A DNA stretch of 31,070 nucleotides. It comes from a virus (taxonomy: Duplodnaviria > Caudoviricetes). Location of the stretch: IMG/VR virus record IMGVR_UViG_3300011336_000588, positions 1-31,070 of that record; one strand, written 5' to 3'. The translations under genes and the position numbers were made by a program. This document shows, piece by piece, positions 8,053-17,926 of the stretch; within the stretch, counting starts at the first letter, position 1; each line of letters begins with the position of its first letter. The notes under the pieces are model-generated. The model had not been told where the DNA came from. It did no database searches and was given only the letters and a program-made list of their open reading frames with translations.

Positions 8053-8330
8053 AGCAGATGACACCCGAACAGCGGGCTGATGCTATCGCCCGCATCACAG
8101 CCGTTGTAGAGGCTAAGCGAGCCGAGGATGATGCAGCTGCCGACACGGTGGCTAAGGTAGCCAAGGTCAAGACCGAGAAGCGCCGGGCAGCCTGCAAAGA
8201 ATACACCAAGCGGTGGCAGGCCAAGTGCAAGGCCGAGCGTGATGCCGACCCTGCCTTGCGTGAAGCCTACCTCGAGCAGCAGCGCATCAAAGACCGAGCC
8301 TACTACCATCAAAGGAAAGCCAGACAATGA
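8049..8330 (+). CDS. Basic helical hypothetical protein (93 aa)
   Basis: ATGA overlaps at both ends. Confidence 0.75.
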   Translation: MKQMTPEQRADAIARITAVVEAKRAEDDAAADTVAKVAKVKTEKRRAACKEYTKRWQAKCKAERDADPALREAYLEQQRIKDRAYYHQRKARQ

Positions 8331-8776
8331 GCACAGCGTCCTACAAGCGAGACCCGATTGAGTACCGCCGAGAGGTAATGATGAGGACGGTGGCAGCAGC
8401 CACCGGCTACTCGTGGTCTCTGGCCTCGCAGCCGTTTGCCGACTTCATCCTGACCAAGCGCGGCACCAGTCGGAACTACTTCATCTTGGTCAAGGTCTAC
8501 GAGTGCATGAGCCCGGGCACAGGTGACCTCTGCATCGACGCTGCCGAGTGGGCGGCAGGTACGGTAGCAGCGCAGGCCCTTGGCTGTGCCTTTGCCGTGC
8601 TCAGACGCACGCCAGACGGTGTGCAGATGATGGTGCATGGCGTCGACAACGACGACCACAAGCCCGCCCTCGAGGTGTCGAGCGGCTTTGTCGAGGTGCG
8701 TGTCCTGGCTGACTGGTTCGGGCCGAATGTGCAGCTGCCGAACGGCCAGACATGGCAGCACCTCAAGGCAGACTAG
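8327..8776 (+). CDS. Hypothetical protein, possible degenerate PD-(D/E)XK fold
   Basis: PFADFILTK...YFILVKV resembles D...(E)xK with the Glu missing. Confidence 0.45.
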   Translation: MSTASYKRDPIEYRREVMMRTVAAATGYSWSLASQPFADFILTKRGTSRNYFILVKVYECMSPGTGDLCIDAAEWAAGTVAAQALGCAFAVLRRTPDGVQMMVHGVDNDDHKPALEVSSGFVEVRVLADWFGPNVQLPNGQTWQHLKAD

Positions 8777-8779
8777 GGT

Positions 8780-8827
8780 GGTGTGACCGGCCCCGTAAGG
8801 ACCCGCATCCTGCAAACCGGCCACACC
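8780..8827. terminator. Hairpin at the convergence of the early and late arms
   Basis: On the - strand GGTGTGGCCGG/CCGGTCACACC forms 11 bp (one GU) around an inner AGGAT/GTCCT stem. No U-tract. Confidence 0.45.
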
Positions 8828-8833
8828 ATAAGT

Positions 8834-9232
8834 CTAGTCAGGCGGCTGCTCGGTAGGCGGTGCCGTTCGCTCGCCTGCGCTGCTAGGGCTACGGCTGCCT
8901 GCGTCAAAGACATTAGCCATAGCCGAGCCAAGGATGCCGGTCATGACCAGCAGGATGTCTTTGCTCATCTGGAAGTACGAGGTGCCGATGCCGTCCTTGT
9001 CGACGCTGCCGGGCACATACCAGTTCACGAGCGTGAGCGCGCCGAGGAAGCCCATCAGCGCGGCAATGCCGAGGAAGATGAGACGAAGGATGGACAGCTT
9101 GCGGGCTGCCTTACGGTCGGCCGCAGCAATCTCAATGGCGATGCCCCGATTGAGACGCGCCACCTCGGCCTCGGCCACAGCAGCACGAGCCAGAGCATCA
9201 GACAGGGTGATAGAGGGGTCTTGCTCAATCAT
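8834..9232 (-). CDS. Two-TM membrane protein (lysis cassette, holin-like)
   Basis: TM segments LIFLGIAALMGFLGALTLV and ILLVMTGILGSAMANVF; lies downstream of the endolysin. Confidence 0.6.
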   Translation of the reverse strand: MIEQDPSITLSDALARAAVAEAEVARLNRGIAIEIAAADRKAARKLSILRLIFLGIAALMGFLGALTLVNWYVPGSVDKDGIGTSYFQMSKDILLVMTGILGSAMANVFDAGSRSPSSAGERTAPPTEQPPD

Positions 9233-9234
9233 GG

Positions 9235-9546
9235 CTACTCATCCCAGCTGTTGACTTGGTTCTCGAGCCGACCGAGCCGCCTGCCAAGGTCCTGGACATC
9301 GTCAGCCAGTCGGTTGAGGGTCTGGCCGTCGGGCATCTCGTCAAGCCGGTGCCGCATCTCCTTGACCTCGGCCCTGAGCTCCTTCCACTCTTCGCGCATC
9401 ATGTTGAAGGCAAAGGAGCCAAGCAAGAGGATGACGGTCGAGGCAAGAGAGCCGATGACGGTGACGATGCGCCACATGGTCGGCAGGCCGACGACGGCCT
9501 TAGCCGCCAGCGACTCCACCGAGCCAGTGCGCTGGTCACTCGCCAT
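9235..9546 (-). CDS. Single-TM plus coiled-coil protein (lysis cassette)
   Basis: TM IVTVIGSLASTVILLLGSFAF followed by heptad repeats. Start is ATG 9546 or TTG 9555. Confidence 0.6.
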   Translation of the reverse strand: MASDQRTGSVESLAAKAVVGLPTMWRIVTVIGSLASTVILLLGSFAFNMMREEWKELRAEVKEMRHRLDEMPDGQTLNRLADDVQDLGRRLGRLENQVNSWDE

Positions 9547-9787
9547 GGGTGTCAACGCTCACCTTCGCGGCGTCTGCATCGAGCGCGCGCTCAACCTTGG
9601 TCTTGACCTCGACATTGCCGGCAGCGAGGGCCGAGGCTCCACTGGCAAGCGCAACCCACATGGGAATGGTGACTGCCCCGAGACCGCCTGTCACAGCCGT
9701 CACGATGACCGGCACGACGGTTCCGGCAAGACCACCGATGACAAGGCCCCAGTTGAGCTTGCCCTTGCTGTTCGTGAACTTGACCAT
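9536..9787 (-). CDS. Small hydrophobic protein, putative holin (83 aa)
   Basis: GGAGG RBS; two Gly-rich hydrophobic segments; directly follows the endolysin. Confidence 0.6.
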   Translation of the reverse strand: MVKFTNSKGKLNWGLVIGGLAGTVVPVIVTAVTGGLGAVTIPMWVALASGASALAAGNVEVKTKVERALDADAAKVSVDTHGE

Positions 9788-9795
9788 GTTGCCTC

Positions 9796-10575
9796 CTAGA
9801 CTGTTGCAGGGTCGAACCATCCGACCGTCTTGCCGATGAGCTCAGCGTCGGACCACTTGTGCAGCTTGCGGTAGACACCGTCGCCCTCGCGTGAGCCAGC
9901 CGCGTTAGTGTTGCCCTCGATGGTGTGGAAGCCGATGGCGTCGACAGCGACCACGATGCCGGTGTGACCTTGGCACCAAGAGCCCTTGCGAGCTGCAGCT
10001 GCAGCCGTGGCATCCTGAGCTCGTGACCAGATGTAGCCTGGCTTGACCTTAGCCTGGTACTCCATCTCGGTGGGCACGACATAGACGCAGGTCTTGCTGT
10101 TGCGGCTCATCTGAAAAAGCGAGACAGCCGAGCCCGAGCACCACTTGGGCGGCTTAGCCAGACCACGACTGGTCATGACGCACCAGCTCACAAAGGCAGC
10201 GCACCAAGGGGAGCCCTTGGTCATGCCGAGAGAGTGCAGGTACTTCTCGACATCGGGGCCTGCATTCTTGCCGACCTCACGCACGCCCTTGTTGGCCTCG
10301 GCGGTGGCCGTGGCGATGAGAGCCAGAGCAGCCTCGGTGATGTTGATAGGCGCGGCAGGTGCTGCAGCAGCGGCAGGCGGTGCCTTGATAGCAGCGAGTG
10401 TGCCGGGACCGAGCTTGCCGTCGGCAGGCACTCCATGCTGAGCTTGCAGGGTGGCCACAGCAGAGGCAAAAACGGGTGTCTTAGGGTCGAGCGTGCGCAG
10501 CGGGCTAGGTAGGTCGGCCACCCGCCATAGCACCCCTGCTTTGCTGATGTTGTAGGCTACTGCTGCGTCGCTCAT
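9796..10575 (-). CDS. Endolysin: peptidoglycan-binding domain plus CHAP amidase/peptidase
   Basis: LQAQHGVPADGKLGPGTL (PG-binding) and the CHAP motifs PWCAAFVSW, GHTGIV and TIEGNT. Confidence 0.92.
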   Translation of the reverse strand: MSDAAVAYNISKAGVLWRVADLPSPLRTLDPKTPVFASAVATLQAQHGVPADGKLGPGTLAAIKAPPAAAAAPAAPINITEAALALIATATAEANKGVREVGKNAGPDVEKYLHSLGMTKGSPWCAAFVSWCVMTSRGLAKPPKWCSGSAVSLFQMSRNSKTCVYVVPTEMEYQAKVKPGYIWSRAQDATAAAAARKGSWCQGHTGIVVAVDAIGFHTIEGNTNAAGSREGDGVYRKLHKWSDAELIGKTVGWFDPATV

Positions 10576-10579
10576 GGTC

Positions 10580-11008
10580 CTATCCTTTCTTGCGTGGGCC
10601 ACGCTTGGCCGGTGCCTTGACGGCTACTGGTACGGATTCGAGCTTGGCGATGTCGGCAGCGAGCTCGAGCTTGCCGGCCATCTTGGCCTTGACCCAGCCG
10701 GGCTGCTCAAGGTTGACCACCTTGCCAATGATGACATCCTTGGGCTTCTCCTCTTTGAACTCCCACTGGATGCCAGTCGTGGTCGGTGTCTCGACTACCA
10801 CAAGCGGCTTGCCCGACAGCGAGACCCGCTCCTGCAGAGCCGACACGATGCTCTCGAGGGCAAGGAGGACGGCAGGCTCGTCAAAGTGGCGTGTCACCAC
10901 CTCGATGTGCATGTTGCCCGGCGTCTTGACCACGATGCCGTCACGCGTCGGGTACGAGGTGCAGTGTTTGAGCTCAGAGAAGAGGCTGGCAAGAAGGTGG
11001 ATGCTCAT
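10580..11008 (-). CDS. Hypothetical protein (142 aa, basic C-terminal tail)
   Basis: Co-oriented ORF between the tail and lysis genes. Confidence 0.7.
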   Translation of the reverse strand: MSIHLLASLFSELKHCTSYPTRDGIVVKTPGNMHIEVVTRHFDEPAVLLALESIVSALQERVSLSGKPLVVVETPTTTGIQWEFKEEKPKDVIIGKVVNLEQPGWVKAKMAGKLELAADIAKLESVPVAVKAPAKRGPRKKG

Positions 11009-11023
11009 GGTCTCGTGCGGGGA

Positions 11024-11485
11024 TTACGGGAGGTCGGTATCGACTAGGATTTTTTCTTGCATGTTGATGCCATAGATGGTCACAGGCGAGGCAATGGAAG
11101 TCCTTACCTCAACGGTAACGCCAAACCAAGTAGAGACTGGAATGCCTGTGAGTCTTTGGATGACGCAGCCGGGCCCACCAGTGTTCAGAGTGACCGAGCC
11201 GTAAGAGGTGGTTACGCGCACATCGCAATCGTCGGAGGCCGTCACGCCAATAAGCATCTCGCCGTTGGCCGTCGGCAGCAGCTTGGCCTGGAAGCCGTAG
11301 GCTACCACATAGCCGGTTGGTGCAGGAATGACCACCTTGGGCAGGCTGGCCAGCAGCCGACGACGGGTGGCAAAGAGAAACCGGTCACGCAGGAGCAGGT
11401 CCTCCATGCTCACCGACTCAATAGTGTCACCAGCCGCAAGACCTCTGGCCAACGCTGGCTCTTTACCAGGTACAGTAAACGACAT
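11024..11485 (-). CDS. Putative minor tail protein (153 aa)
   Basis: TGATG overlap; beta-rich; last gene of the tail cluster. Confidence 0.6.
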   Translation of the reverse strand: MSFTVPGKEPALARGLAAGDTIESVSMEDLLLRDRFLFATRRRLLASLPKVVIPAPTGYVVAYGFQAKLLPTANGEMLIGVTASDDCDVRVTTSYGSVTLNTGGPGCVIQRLTGIPVSTWFGVTVEVRTSIASPVTIYGINMQEKILVDTDLP

Positions 11486-12915
11486 CAGAGCACCCTGCAG
11501 TTGAAACCAAAGATGTAGAGGTCGGTGGTAGCTTGAATGTAGCCGTAGTAGACCGCATCGGTGGTGCCGTTGCTGCCCTGCGCAATGCCACCTTCAAGGT
11601 TAGGACCCCATGTGAAGCGCACCGGCGTGCTCTTGGTCACCTCTCTGCTCAGCATGGCATCGCGCATGCCCCAATTTGCGTCGCCTGCAAGCACGCCGTT
11701 CATGTAGACCGTGTTGCCAGGCTCTCGACCTCGTGTTCGTTGCGCACCAAACCGAGGCACAGAGACATCATAATTGCCGATTTCGTTGCCGACCAAGTTG
11801 CCCTGGTAGTCCCGCACGCCAAACCTGATGGTAGGGAAGCTTGTCTGCGCTCCGTTGTATGTCACGCATTGAAAACTGACATGCAGCTGCTGCACCGAGT
11901 CGAGGGTTTGGACAAAGAAGGCGAAGGTAGCTTCCTCGCCAGCCGGAAGCACGCAGCCGAGGTAGCCGCCGCTTGTGAGCAGACTGCCGGCATCAGGCTG
12001 CAACTCCATCATCGACGCGTTGATTTGGTTGTTGAGCTCGTTGATGATGGTCGTCTGCTGATAGGCATAGGGCTTCTGCAACCCTTGGTCCAAAGCTCGA
12101 GCAACCTCCACCGTAATCGAGAACAGCTCAATGCGGCCAAGCTCGTACACGGTGCCAGTCCAGCTAGCTGAAGGGCCACCAGTTGCTGCAACAGTACTAG
12201 TCGGCATGATGGCTGGCTGTATCTCTATCTCAGGCCAGATGAGCAGCACGCCATGAGGAGGCCGTTCAGGGTTGGTGTTGTGCTTGAACGCACACACTTG
12301 ATACTGCCTCAACGCGTTACCAGCTGGCGCCGGGGTGGTTCCACTGGAAGCTATGCCAAGCAGATGGTACATCTCGGTGTAAGAGCCAGCCGCCAGCGTG
12401 AACGGAAACGGGGTGCCAGATGCTGGCTCACAGAAGACCTGATTGCCCACCGCGCCAGCCAAAATTACCGAACCAGCGGAAGCACCGACATCGCTCTGCC
12501 AGCCAACCATGAAGCCCTGCAAGCCAGATAGCGGCTGGGTTGTGGTGAACGGCACCTCCACCGTGGTTGGCGAGGCACTGCCACCAACCGGGACTTGCAC
12601 CTGCGCACCGCTGTCGAGGTGCCGGACATAGAGCTGGCCGCCGATAGCTGCGTTGGTGGTCTTGTAGAACACCTTGAACACAAAGTCGGTTGCGTTGATG
12701 CCCACATCGACGGTGAGCACGGTGCCTCTTGGCTCCCAATACGAGGCCCACTTGACCTTGGCAGCACCCTCGTCGGTAGTCGGGTAGGCAAAGGTGCCAA
12801 GCCGGCGCAAGGCAGACGGGTATGCATTCACATTGCGCGTGAGGCCGTAGCCTAGGAAAGCCGACAGAGGCTGGTCTGGCTGCGTCAGTGTGTCATCGAG
12901 CTTGAACCATCCCAT
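11485..12915 (-). CDS. Putative tail-tip / receptor-binding protein (476 aa)
   Basis: TAATG overlap places the start at 12915; beta-rich composition; position in the operon. Confidence 0.6.
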   Translation of the reverse strand: MGWFKLDDTLTQPDQPLSAFLGYGLTRNVNAYPSALRRLGTFAYPTTDEGAAKVKWASYWEPRGTVLTVDVGINATDFVFKVFYKTTNAAIGGQLYVRHLDSGAQVQVPVGGSASPTTVEVPFTTTQPLSGLQGFMVGWQSDVGASAGSVILAGAVGNQVFCEPASGTPFPFTLAAGSYTEMYHLLGIASSGTTPAPAGNALRQYQVCAFKHNTNPERPPHGVLLIWPEIEIQPAIMPTSTVAATGGPSASWTGTVYELGRIELFSITVEVARALDQGLQKPYAYQQTTIINELNNQINASMMELQPDAGSLLTSGGYLGCVLPAGEEATFAFFVQTLDSVQQLHVSFQCVTYNGAQTSFPTIRFGVRDYQGNLVGNEIGNYDVSVPRFGAQRTRGREPGNTVYMNGVLAGDANWGMRDAMLSREVTKSTPVRFTWGPNLEGGIAQGSNGTTDAVYYGYIQATTDLYIFGFNCRVL

Positions 12916-15395
12916 TAGCGCACCCACTGTCGAGCATAGTCAGTTGAGCCAAACACCTGCCCTGTGCCATCGGCTTGAAACACATCCCAGATAGCGTCAA
13001 GGTCGCCAGCACTAAAGTAATTGGCAGGTGCCAGCACGATGATGTCGCCCGCCACAGCAAAAGCATCAAAGCCCGGCAGCTCGAGGTCGTTGCCAATCAC
13101 ATTCGTCAACGCACCTTGGGCCTTGAGCGTGCCGTACTGGTCGAGCAGCTGCACCTCGTACCAGGAGCCGATGATGTTGTGTGTGCGGGTGAACGCTTCA
13201 GCGTCGGTAGCAGGCGCGCCAGGTGATGCGCTGATAGGTGGTGCCGTAAAGAAGTTAGCGTCAATCTCGATAAGGTCTCCACCTGGCACATCGGTCACGA
13301 GGCCAGAGCAGGACCACACCGAGACATGCGCTGCCGGTGACACATAGCCAGGCAAGATGAGGGTGTAGGCCGTTGTCGGTGTCTGCCACGAGCGCGCTGC
13401 CTTGAGCACATAGCCCGTCAGCAGCGAGATACCCATCTCGCCGTTACTGTTGACGATGAAGTCGCTCGAGAGCGCCACCTCCTGCCCGATGCTTAGGTCG
13501 GCCTGCGAGTCACGCAGCGACAGGTCCACACGGGCTGCGCTCTGGCTGTACCGCATGACCAGACCAAAGGCGTTGGCCATCATCTTGCTACGGCCCCAGT
13601 CGGACGCGTTTGGAGGTCTAAACAGGGTCTGCCAATGGCCGACTGTGGTGGTCTTGCCCAAGCCAGAGTTGGCTAGGTCGGTGTTCTGGAAAGGCACTTC
13701 CACGACCGTGGCTTTGTCGCCCATGTCGACGCAATACTTTGCGTTGACCCGCATGATGCTCAAGCCCCGGTCAAAGGTCAGCTTGATGCTAGGGTCCGAC
13801 AAGGCCGAGTCGTTGACGAAGATGGGCGTCTGCCGAGCTCCTGCCCATGAGCCAAAATAGAACTTGCCCTTGTCGTAGACCATGTAGGCGCCGAGCCGCT
13901 TGAGTATCTGCTCAAGCACCTCGCCAACGGTCTTGGCCGAGGTGTGCTGGTAGGGCAGCACCGTCGAGTAGTCATCACTCAGCGAGATGCTGCCATAGGC
14001 GTTGATGATTGGCACATCTGGACTTTGCAGGCCGATTGCCACCGCATTGAGGCTTGATGCGTCAATGAGGTCGGTCCAGCTCGCCATCGTGAACGGTAGC
14101 CATGCCGCCTCGCTTGCCGACCGAGCGCCGGTGGCAAAGGTGGTGTCCTGGTTGTAGGTGCCGAGCAACAAGTCGGTGATGAGAGAGGCAAGGTTGAGCG
14201 CCTCAATGCAGTTCTCGCCACGAATGCCAGGCTGTGCGTTCTGCACTCGGTTTCGGTAATGTGCAACTTCCGTGTATGGAGCGTTTTCGTCCTCATACGG
14301 TTGAATGTCGACTCCAAAGCCAAGCGTTGGGCCGAGGTTGCCGTCGGCATAGTAGCCGTCGCTGAACACCATGCGGTAGCCATTGTCTCTGACTGTCGCT
14401 GTGCCAGAGTAGGCGATGCCATACTCGCTCGAGATAACCACATAGCCTGGCTTGACCGTAATGTCTGCCAAGCCGATGCCGCCAAAGCCCTCTTGCCTCA
14501 CCTGCCAGAGCGTCGACACTGTTGACCCTGTGACAGGCGCAGCAGGGTCGTACAGAGGGCCGTAGAGCCTGCTATTGTATTCGGTCTGCACATACGCCCT
14601 TGAAAGAGCCTCGTTACCCTCCAAGTTGACAATCGTGCCTATGCCACTGCCAGCGAGCTGCACCGAGACATCGCCCCATGCCGGCACAAACGGCGCCGAC
14701 TTGATGTAGGCCATGAGGCTCGAGCAATCGACCTTGATGAGGTTCTGTTGCCCGCTCGAGGTGTCGTTGCTGACCTTGTTGATGTAGCCGCGAAAGATGA
14801 TTTCGGGCACGCTGCTGTCGAGGTCTATTGTCTCAATCTCCACCGGCAGCTGCTCGCAACCACCAAGCGGGCTGTCATCGTTGAGGTCGTAGATGATTGA
14901 GCCAATGAGCTGATTCGATGACTCTTTGGCCATCGGAATGGGCACAGGCGCGCAACCCTGCACGCGGTAGCCCACCAGCGTAGGGCTGTTGCTCGTGATT
15001 CTGAAAACCGTGTTCTGCACGCGGTACTGATTGCCCACCGTGAACAGGCTAGGGTCAGCGACAGGTATGGTCACAGACCCCGGGTCAGGCGGTATGTAGT
15101 CAAGCATGCGCACTGGCTGGTTGCGCGCACTCGGGTCCAAGACCGGCCGCTTGCCTCGGCTCAACAACAACTTCTTGGTGTTCTCCGTCGAGAGCACCGT
15201 GAAGCTCGTAGTGCTGTCCGAGCCCATCGAGCCGAACACCTGTATCTCGCTGCTGAGCTGGTCAGACAGAGACACCACCGTGCCCTTGAAAACATCATCG
15301 TAATCTGGGTGATAACGAGTCGTGAGCACAGCCGGAGTCTGCTCGCCGGCAAGATTGAGACCAAGTATCCTGATGACTACAACGCGGTTGCTCAT
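12915..15395 (-). CDS. Putative tail hub / central tail-tip protein (826 aa)
   Basis: Start MSNRVVVIR via TAATG overlap. IFRGYINKV and LEQILKRLGAYMVYDKGKFYF are hub-like segments. Second gene after the tape measure. Confidence 0.65.
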   Translation of the reverse strand: MSNRVVVIRILGLNLAGEQTPAVLTTRYHPDYDDVFKGTVVSLSDQLSSEIQVFGSMGSDSTTSFTVLSTENTKKLLLSRGKRPVLDPSARNQPVRMLDYIPPDPGSVTIPVADPSLFTVGNQYRVQNTVFRITSNSPTLVGYRVQGCAPVPIPMAKESSNQLIGSIIYDLNDDSPLGGCEQLPVEIETIDLDSSVPEIIFRGYINKVSNDTSSGQQNLIKVDCSSLMAYIKSAPFVPAWGDVSVQLAGSGIGTIVNLEGNEALSRAYVQTEYNSRLYGPLYDPAAPVTGSTVSTLWQVRQEGFGGIGLADITVKPGYVVISSEYGIAYSGTATVRDNGYRMVFSDGYYADGNLGPTLGFGVDIQPYEDENAPYTEVAHYRNRVQNAQPGIRGENCIEALNLASLITDLLLGTYNQDTTFATGARSASEAAWLPFTMASWTDLIDASSLNAVAIGLQSPDVPIINAYGSISLSDDYSTVLPYQHTSAKTVGEVLEQILKRLGAYMVYDKGKFYFGSWAGARQTPIFVNDSALSDPSIKLTFDRGLSIMRVNAKYCVDMGDKATVVEVPFQNTDLANSGLGKTTTVGHWQTLFRPPNASDWGRSKMMANAFGLVMRYSQSAARVDLSLRDSQADLSIGQEVALSSDFIVNSNGEMGISLLTGYVLKAARSWQTPTTAYTLILPGYVSPAAHVSVWSCSGLVTDVPGGDLIEIDANFFTAPPISASPGAPATDAEAFTRTHNIIGSWYEVQLLDQYGTLKAQGALTNVIGNDLELPGFDAFAVAGDIIVLAPANYFSAGDLDAIWDVFQADGTGQVFGSTDYARQWVR

Positions 15396-16225
15396 TAGGT
15401 CTGACCTCGGAAGATGAGACCAGCCGTGGACCACAGCCTTGGCTCGTCGGCCGCCGCCACAAAGTCCTGCGCAGAGCCCTTGTTGCTTACGCCTGGCATG
15501 CGGCACACCTGATAGGTGCCCGGAATCTTGCCTGCCGTCAGCGCAGCTTCACGGTAGAGCCGGAAGGTCACCCCTGTGGCTGCTGCCTCGATGAGCCCCT
15601 CAAGCGTGTTGTTGGGGTCGCCAATCTGACGGTTGGCTGCCGTCGCATAAATCTGAATGTTGGCAAACCACCGCGTGTAGTTCGCTGCGCAGAAGATGGT
15701 GCTCATCATCTCGAGGTCGGCAACCTCGCCCCAATTGACCACATCCGTCGACAGGCCGCTCATCTCGCTTGAGCTCGAGGCAGCGCGCTGGGTAATCATG
15801 CGCCGCACATCACCTGCTAGCCCAGCAGGGCCCCAGAACATGCCCGGGTTGATGTTGCTGGTCAAAGTGCCCGAGCCGGGTATCACCGTCGTAGAGGACG
15901 AGAACCCAAATTTGTTGGCCATGGCTACAGAGCCGAAGTTGACGCTGATGTTGGAGCCGGTGGTGTTGGTCCACTCAATGGCAAGCGGGCTATTCGCAGG
16001 TCCAGGACCATCGGTGTAGACATAGCTAGCCACCACGACGGTGCCGGCCCCAACCACGCTGTTGACAGCGTCACGCAAGAAGTCGGCCACCGTATCGCTA
16101 GCAGCATTCTTGGTCGTCGTGTTGTCGATGCCAAAGCCATACCGCTGCCCGCTCACATTGTAGAGCGTACCGTTGATGGTGATAGGCCCAACCGTGTCGG
16201 CCCAAGTGATGAGAGGGAAGTTCAT
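15395..16225 (-). CDS. Putative distal tail protein (276 aa)
   Basis: Immediately follows the tape measure gene; AAGGAG RBS. Confidence 0.55.
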   Translation of the reverse strand: MNFPLITWADTVGPITINGTLYNVSGQRYGFGIDNTTTKNAASDTVADFLRDAVNSVVGAGTVVVASYVYTDGPGPANSPLAIEWTNTTGSNISVNFGSVAMANKFGFSSSTTVIPGSGTLTSNINPGMFWGPAGLAGDVRRMITQRAASSSSEMSGLSTDVVNWGEVADLEMMSTIFCAANYTRWFANIQIYATAANRQIGDPNNTLEGLIEAAATGVTFRLYREAALTAGKIPGTYQVCRMPGVSNKGSAQDFVAAADEPRLWSTAGLIFRGQT

Positions 16226-16227
16226 TG

Positions 16228-17922
16228 TCAGGCTCCTTGCATGAGCAGGCCGCGTGCACGGGCACTCTCTTGCATCATGGCGAACTGGCGGGCCACGCTC
16301 TCGCCGTCGGCAAACACCGAGTCAACGCGCATGTTGAAAGAGTAGTTGTTGCTGGCTGCCTGTCCACCGTCGGCCGGCTTTTCGGTGGCCGGTGTCGAGC
16401 CTGCAGTCGGCTTTACCGTCGGCATCATCGCGTTACCAATGGCATAGGCTGCAAGACCTGCGGCCGCCATCGGGATAGCCAGGGGATTGAGCGCAGCTGC
16501 CATGATGCCTGCCTTGGCCATAGCCTCGTCGCCTTGGCCGATGATGACATTGCCGAGCTGGGAGCGTGCCATGTCTGCTGCTGCCTTGGCCGACAGCTTG
16601 CCGATAGCCAGCTGCTTGCCAGCGTTCTGCATGTAGATGCCCATCTCCTCGCCTGCTCGGTCCTTGACCGCCTGCAGCCGAGCGGCATCGCGCTCCTCTT
16701 TCTCGGCCTCAGTCAGCTCACCTCGAGCATGAATCTCGTCAATGTGGTCCTGCTCCGTCTTAGCAACGAAATCCAAGAACCTCTGATGAGCAGCTGCCTT
16801 CTCGGCATTGTGCTTCTCAATGTTATCAAGCTCGGTCCTAAGCCGGTCGAGCTCCATCTGTTGCTCGGTCTGGTCGTTCTCTCTCTTGAGAGCGGCAGCC
16901 TCCTCGCCCAACGCAATCTCAGCAGCATTCTTTGCACCGATGCGAGCAATCAGCTCGTCAAGAGTCTCCTCTTTGTCGCCCTCTTTCTTGGGCTTGCCGC
17001 CGCCGCCTGTCTTGGCAGGGGCTGGTGCCTTGCCTCCCTCAACAATCTCTTGGCGCAGCTTGCCGAGACGCTCCATGTCCTCGAGCTGCTTGTCAGTCAG
17101 GCCGCCCACATTGTCGCCTGACATGTTGTCAGCCATGTTCTGCAGCAGGGCCAGTGCCTCTACCTGCTTCACCGTGTTGTCGATGTTGGCGAGCGCAGCC
17201 GCACGCTGCTGCTCTTGCAGGCTTACCGACGAGTTAGTCAGGCCAGCATAGGCCGTCGCCATCGCATCAACGGTCTCAGTCAGCGTCTTGGCAGGCGCCA
17301 ACGGCTTTTCCATCGCCTTGGCTGCCTTGTCCATGTTAGCAACGGTCTCTCTGGCTCGGGCCTCGCCCTCTTTAGCCATGGCGTCAAACGCCTCAAAGAA
17401 ACCCATCTTCTCGAGCGCGTCTGCCCAAGTGCCAGGTATCTTGCGCAGCAGGTTGATGCCAGTGATAGCCGAGTCCACCAGCTGCGATGACACATCCTTG
17501 ACCAGCTCGAGGATGGCATACAACCGGCCGTATGCCTCGTAGAGGTCGTCAGTCTGCAGCACTGCCTTGGCGAAGCTGCCTTGAATGTTGTTGAGCTGCT
17601 TCTCGAGGTCGTCCCATAGCGCCTGACCAGTGGTGCCGTAGGACCGGAACAGCTTCTCGCTGCTATCCAGAAACATCGTCACACCCTTCTCGGCTATCGC
17701 AAAGCCTGCCGTGACGCCTGCGATGGCTTTGATGGCGTTAGGACCGCCAACCTTGTTGATGAGGTTGCCGGCAGCGACATCAGCTTGGTCGGCCACATCA
17801 CGAAGCTGGTCGGATAGCTTCTTGCCGGAAGCCTCCATCTGCTTCATCCCGGCTTTGCCCTTGTCGAGCGCGCTGACTAGGCCACTGCTGTCGCCATCAA
17901 TCTCTGCAACCGTCTTAGCCAT
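16228..17922 (-). CDS. Tail tape measure protein (564 aa)
   Basis: N-terminus AEIDGDSSGLVSAL; Ala/Glu/Lys-rich helical body; follows the frameshifted chaperones. Confidence 0.8.
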   Translation of the reverse strand: MAKTVAEIDGDSSGLVSALDKGKAGMKQMEASGKKLSDQLRDVADQADVAAGNLINKVGGPNAIKAIAGVTAGFAIAEKGVTMFLDSSEKLFRSYGTTGQALWDDLEKQLNNIQGSFAKAVLQTDDLYEAYGRLYAILELVKDVSSQLVDSAITGINLLRKIPGTWADALEKMGFFEAFDAMAKEGEARARETVANMDKAAKAMEKPLAPAKTLTETVDAMATAYAGLTNSSVSLQEQQRAAALANIDNTVKQVEALALLQNMADNMSGDNVGGLTDKQLEDMERLGKLRQEIVEGGKAPAPAKTGGGGKPKKEGDKEETLDELIARIGAKNAAEIALGEEAAALKRENDQTEQQMELDRLRTELDNIEKHNAEKAAAHQRFLDFVAKTEQDHIDEIHARGELTEAEKEERDAARLQAVKDRAGEEMGIYMQNAGKQLAIGKLSAKAAADMARSQLGNVIIGQGDEAMAKAGIMAAALNPLAIPMAAAGLAAYAIGNAMMPTVKPTAGSTPATEKPADGGQAASNNYSFNMRVDSVFADGESVARQFAMMQESARARGLLMQGA

Positions 17923-17926
17923 GAGG

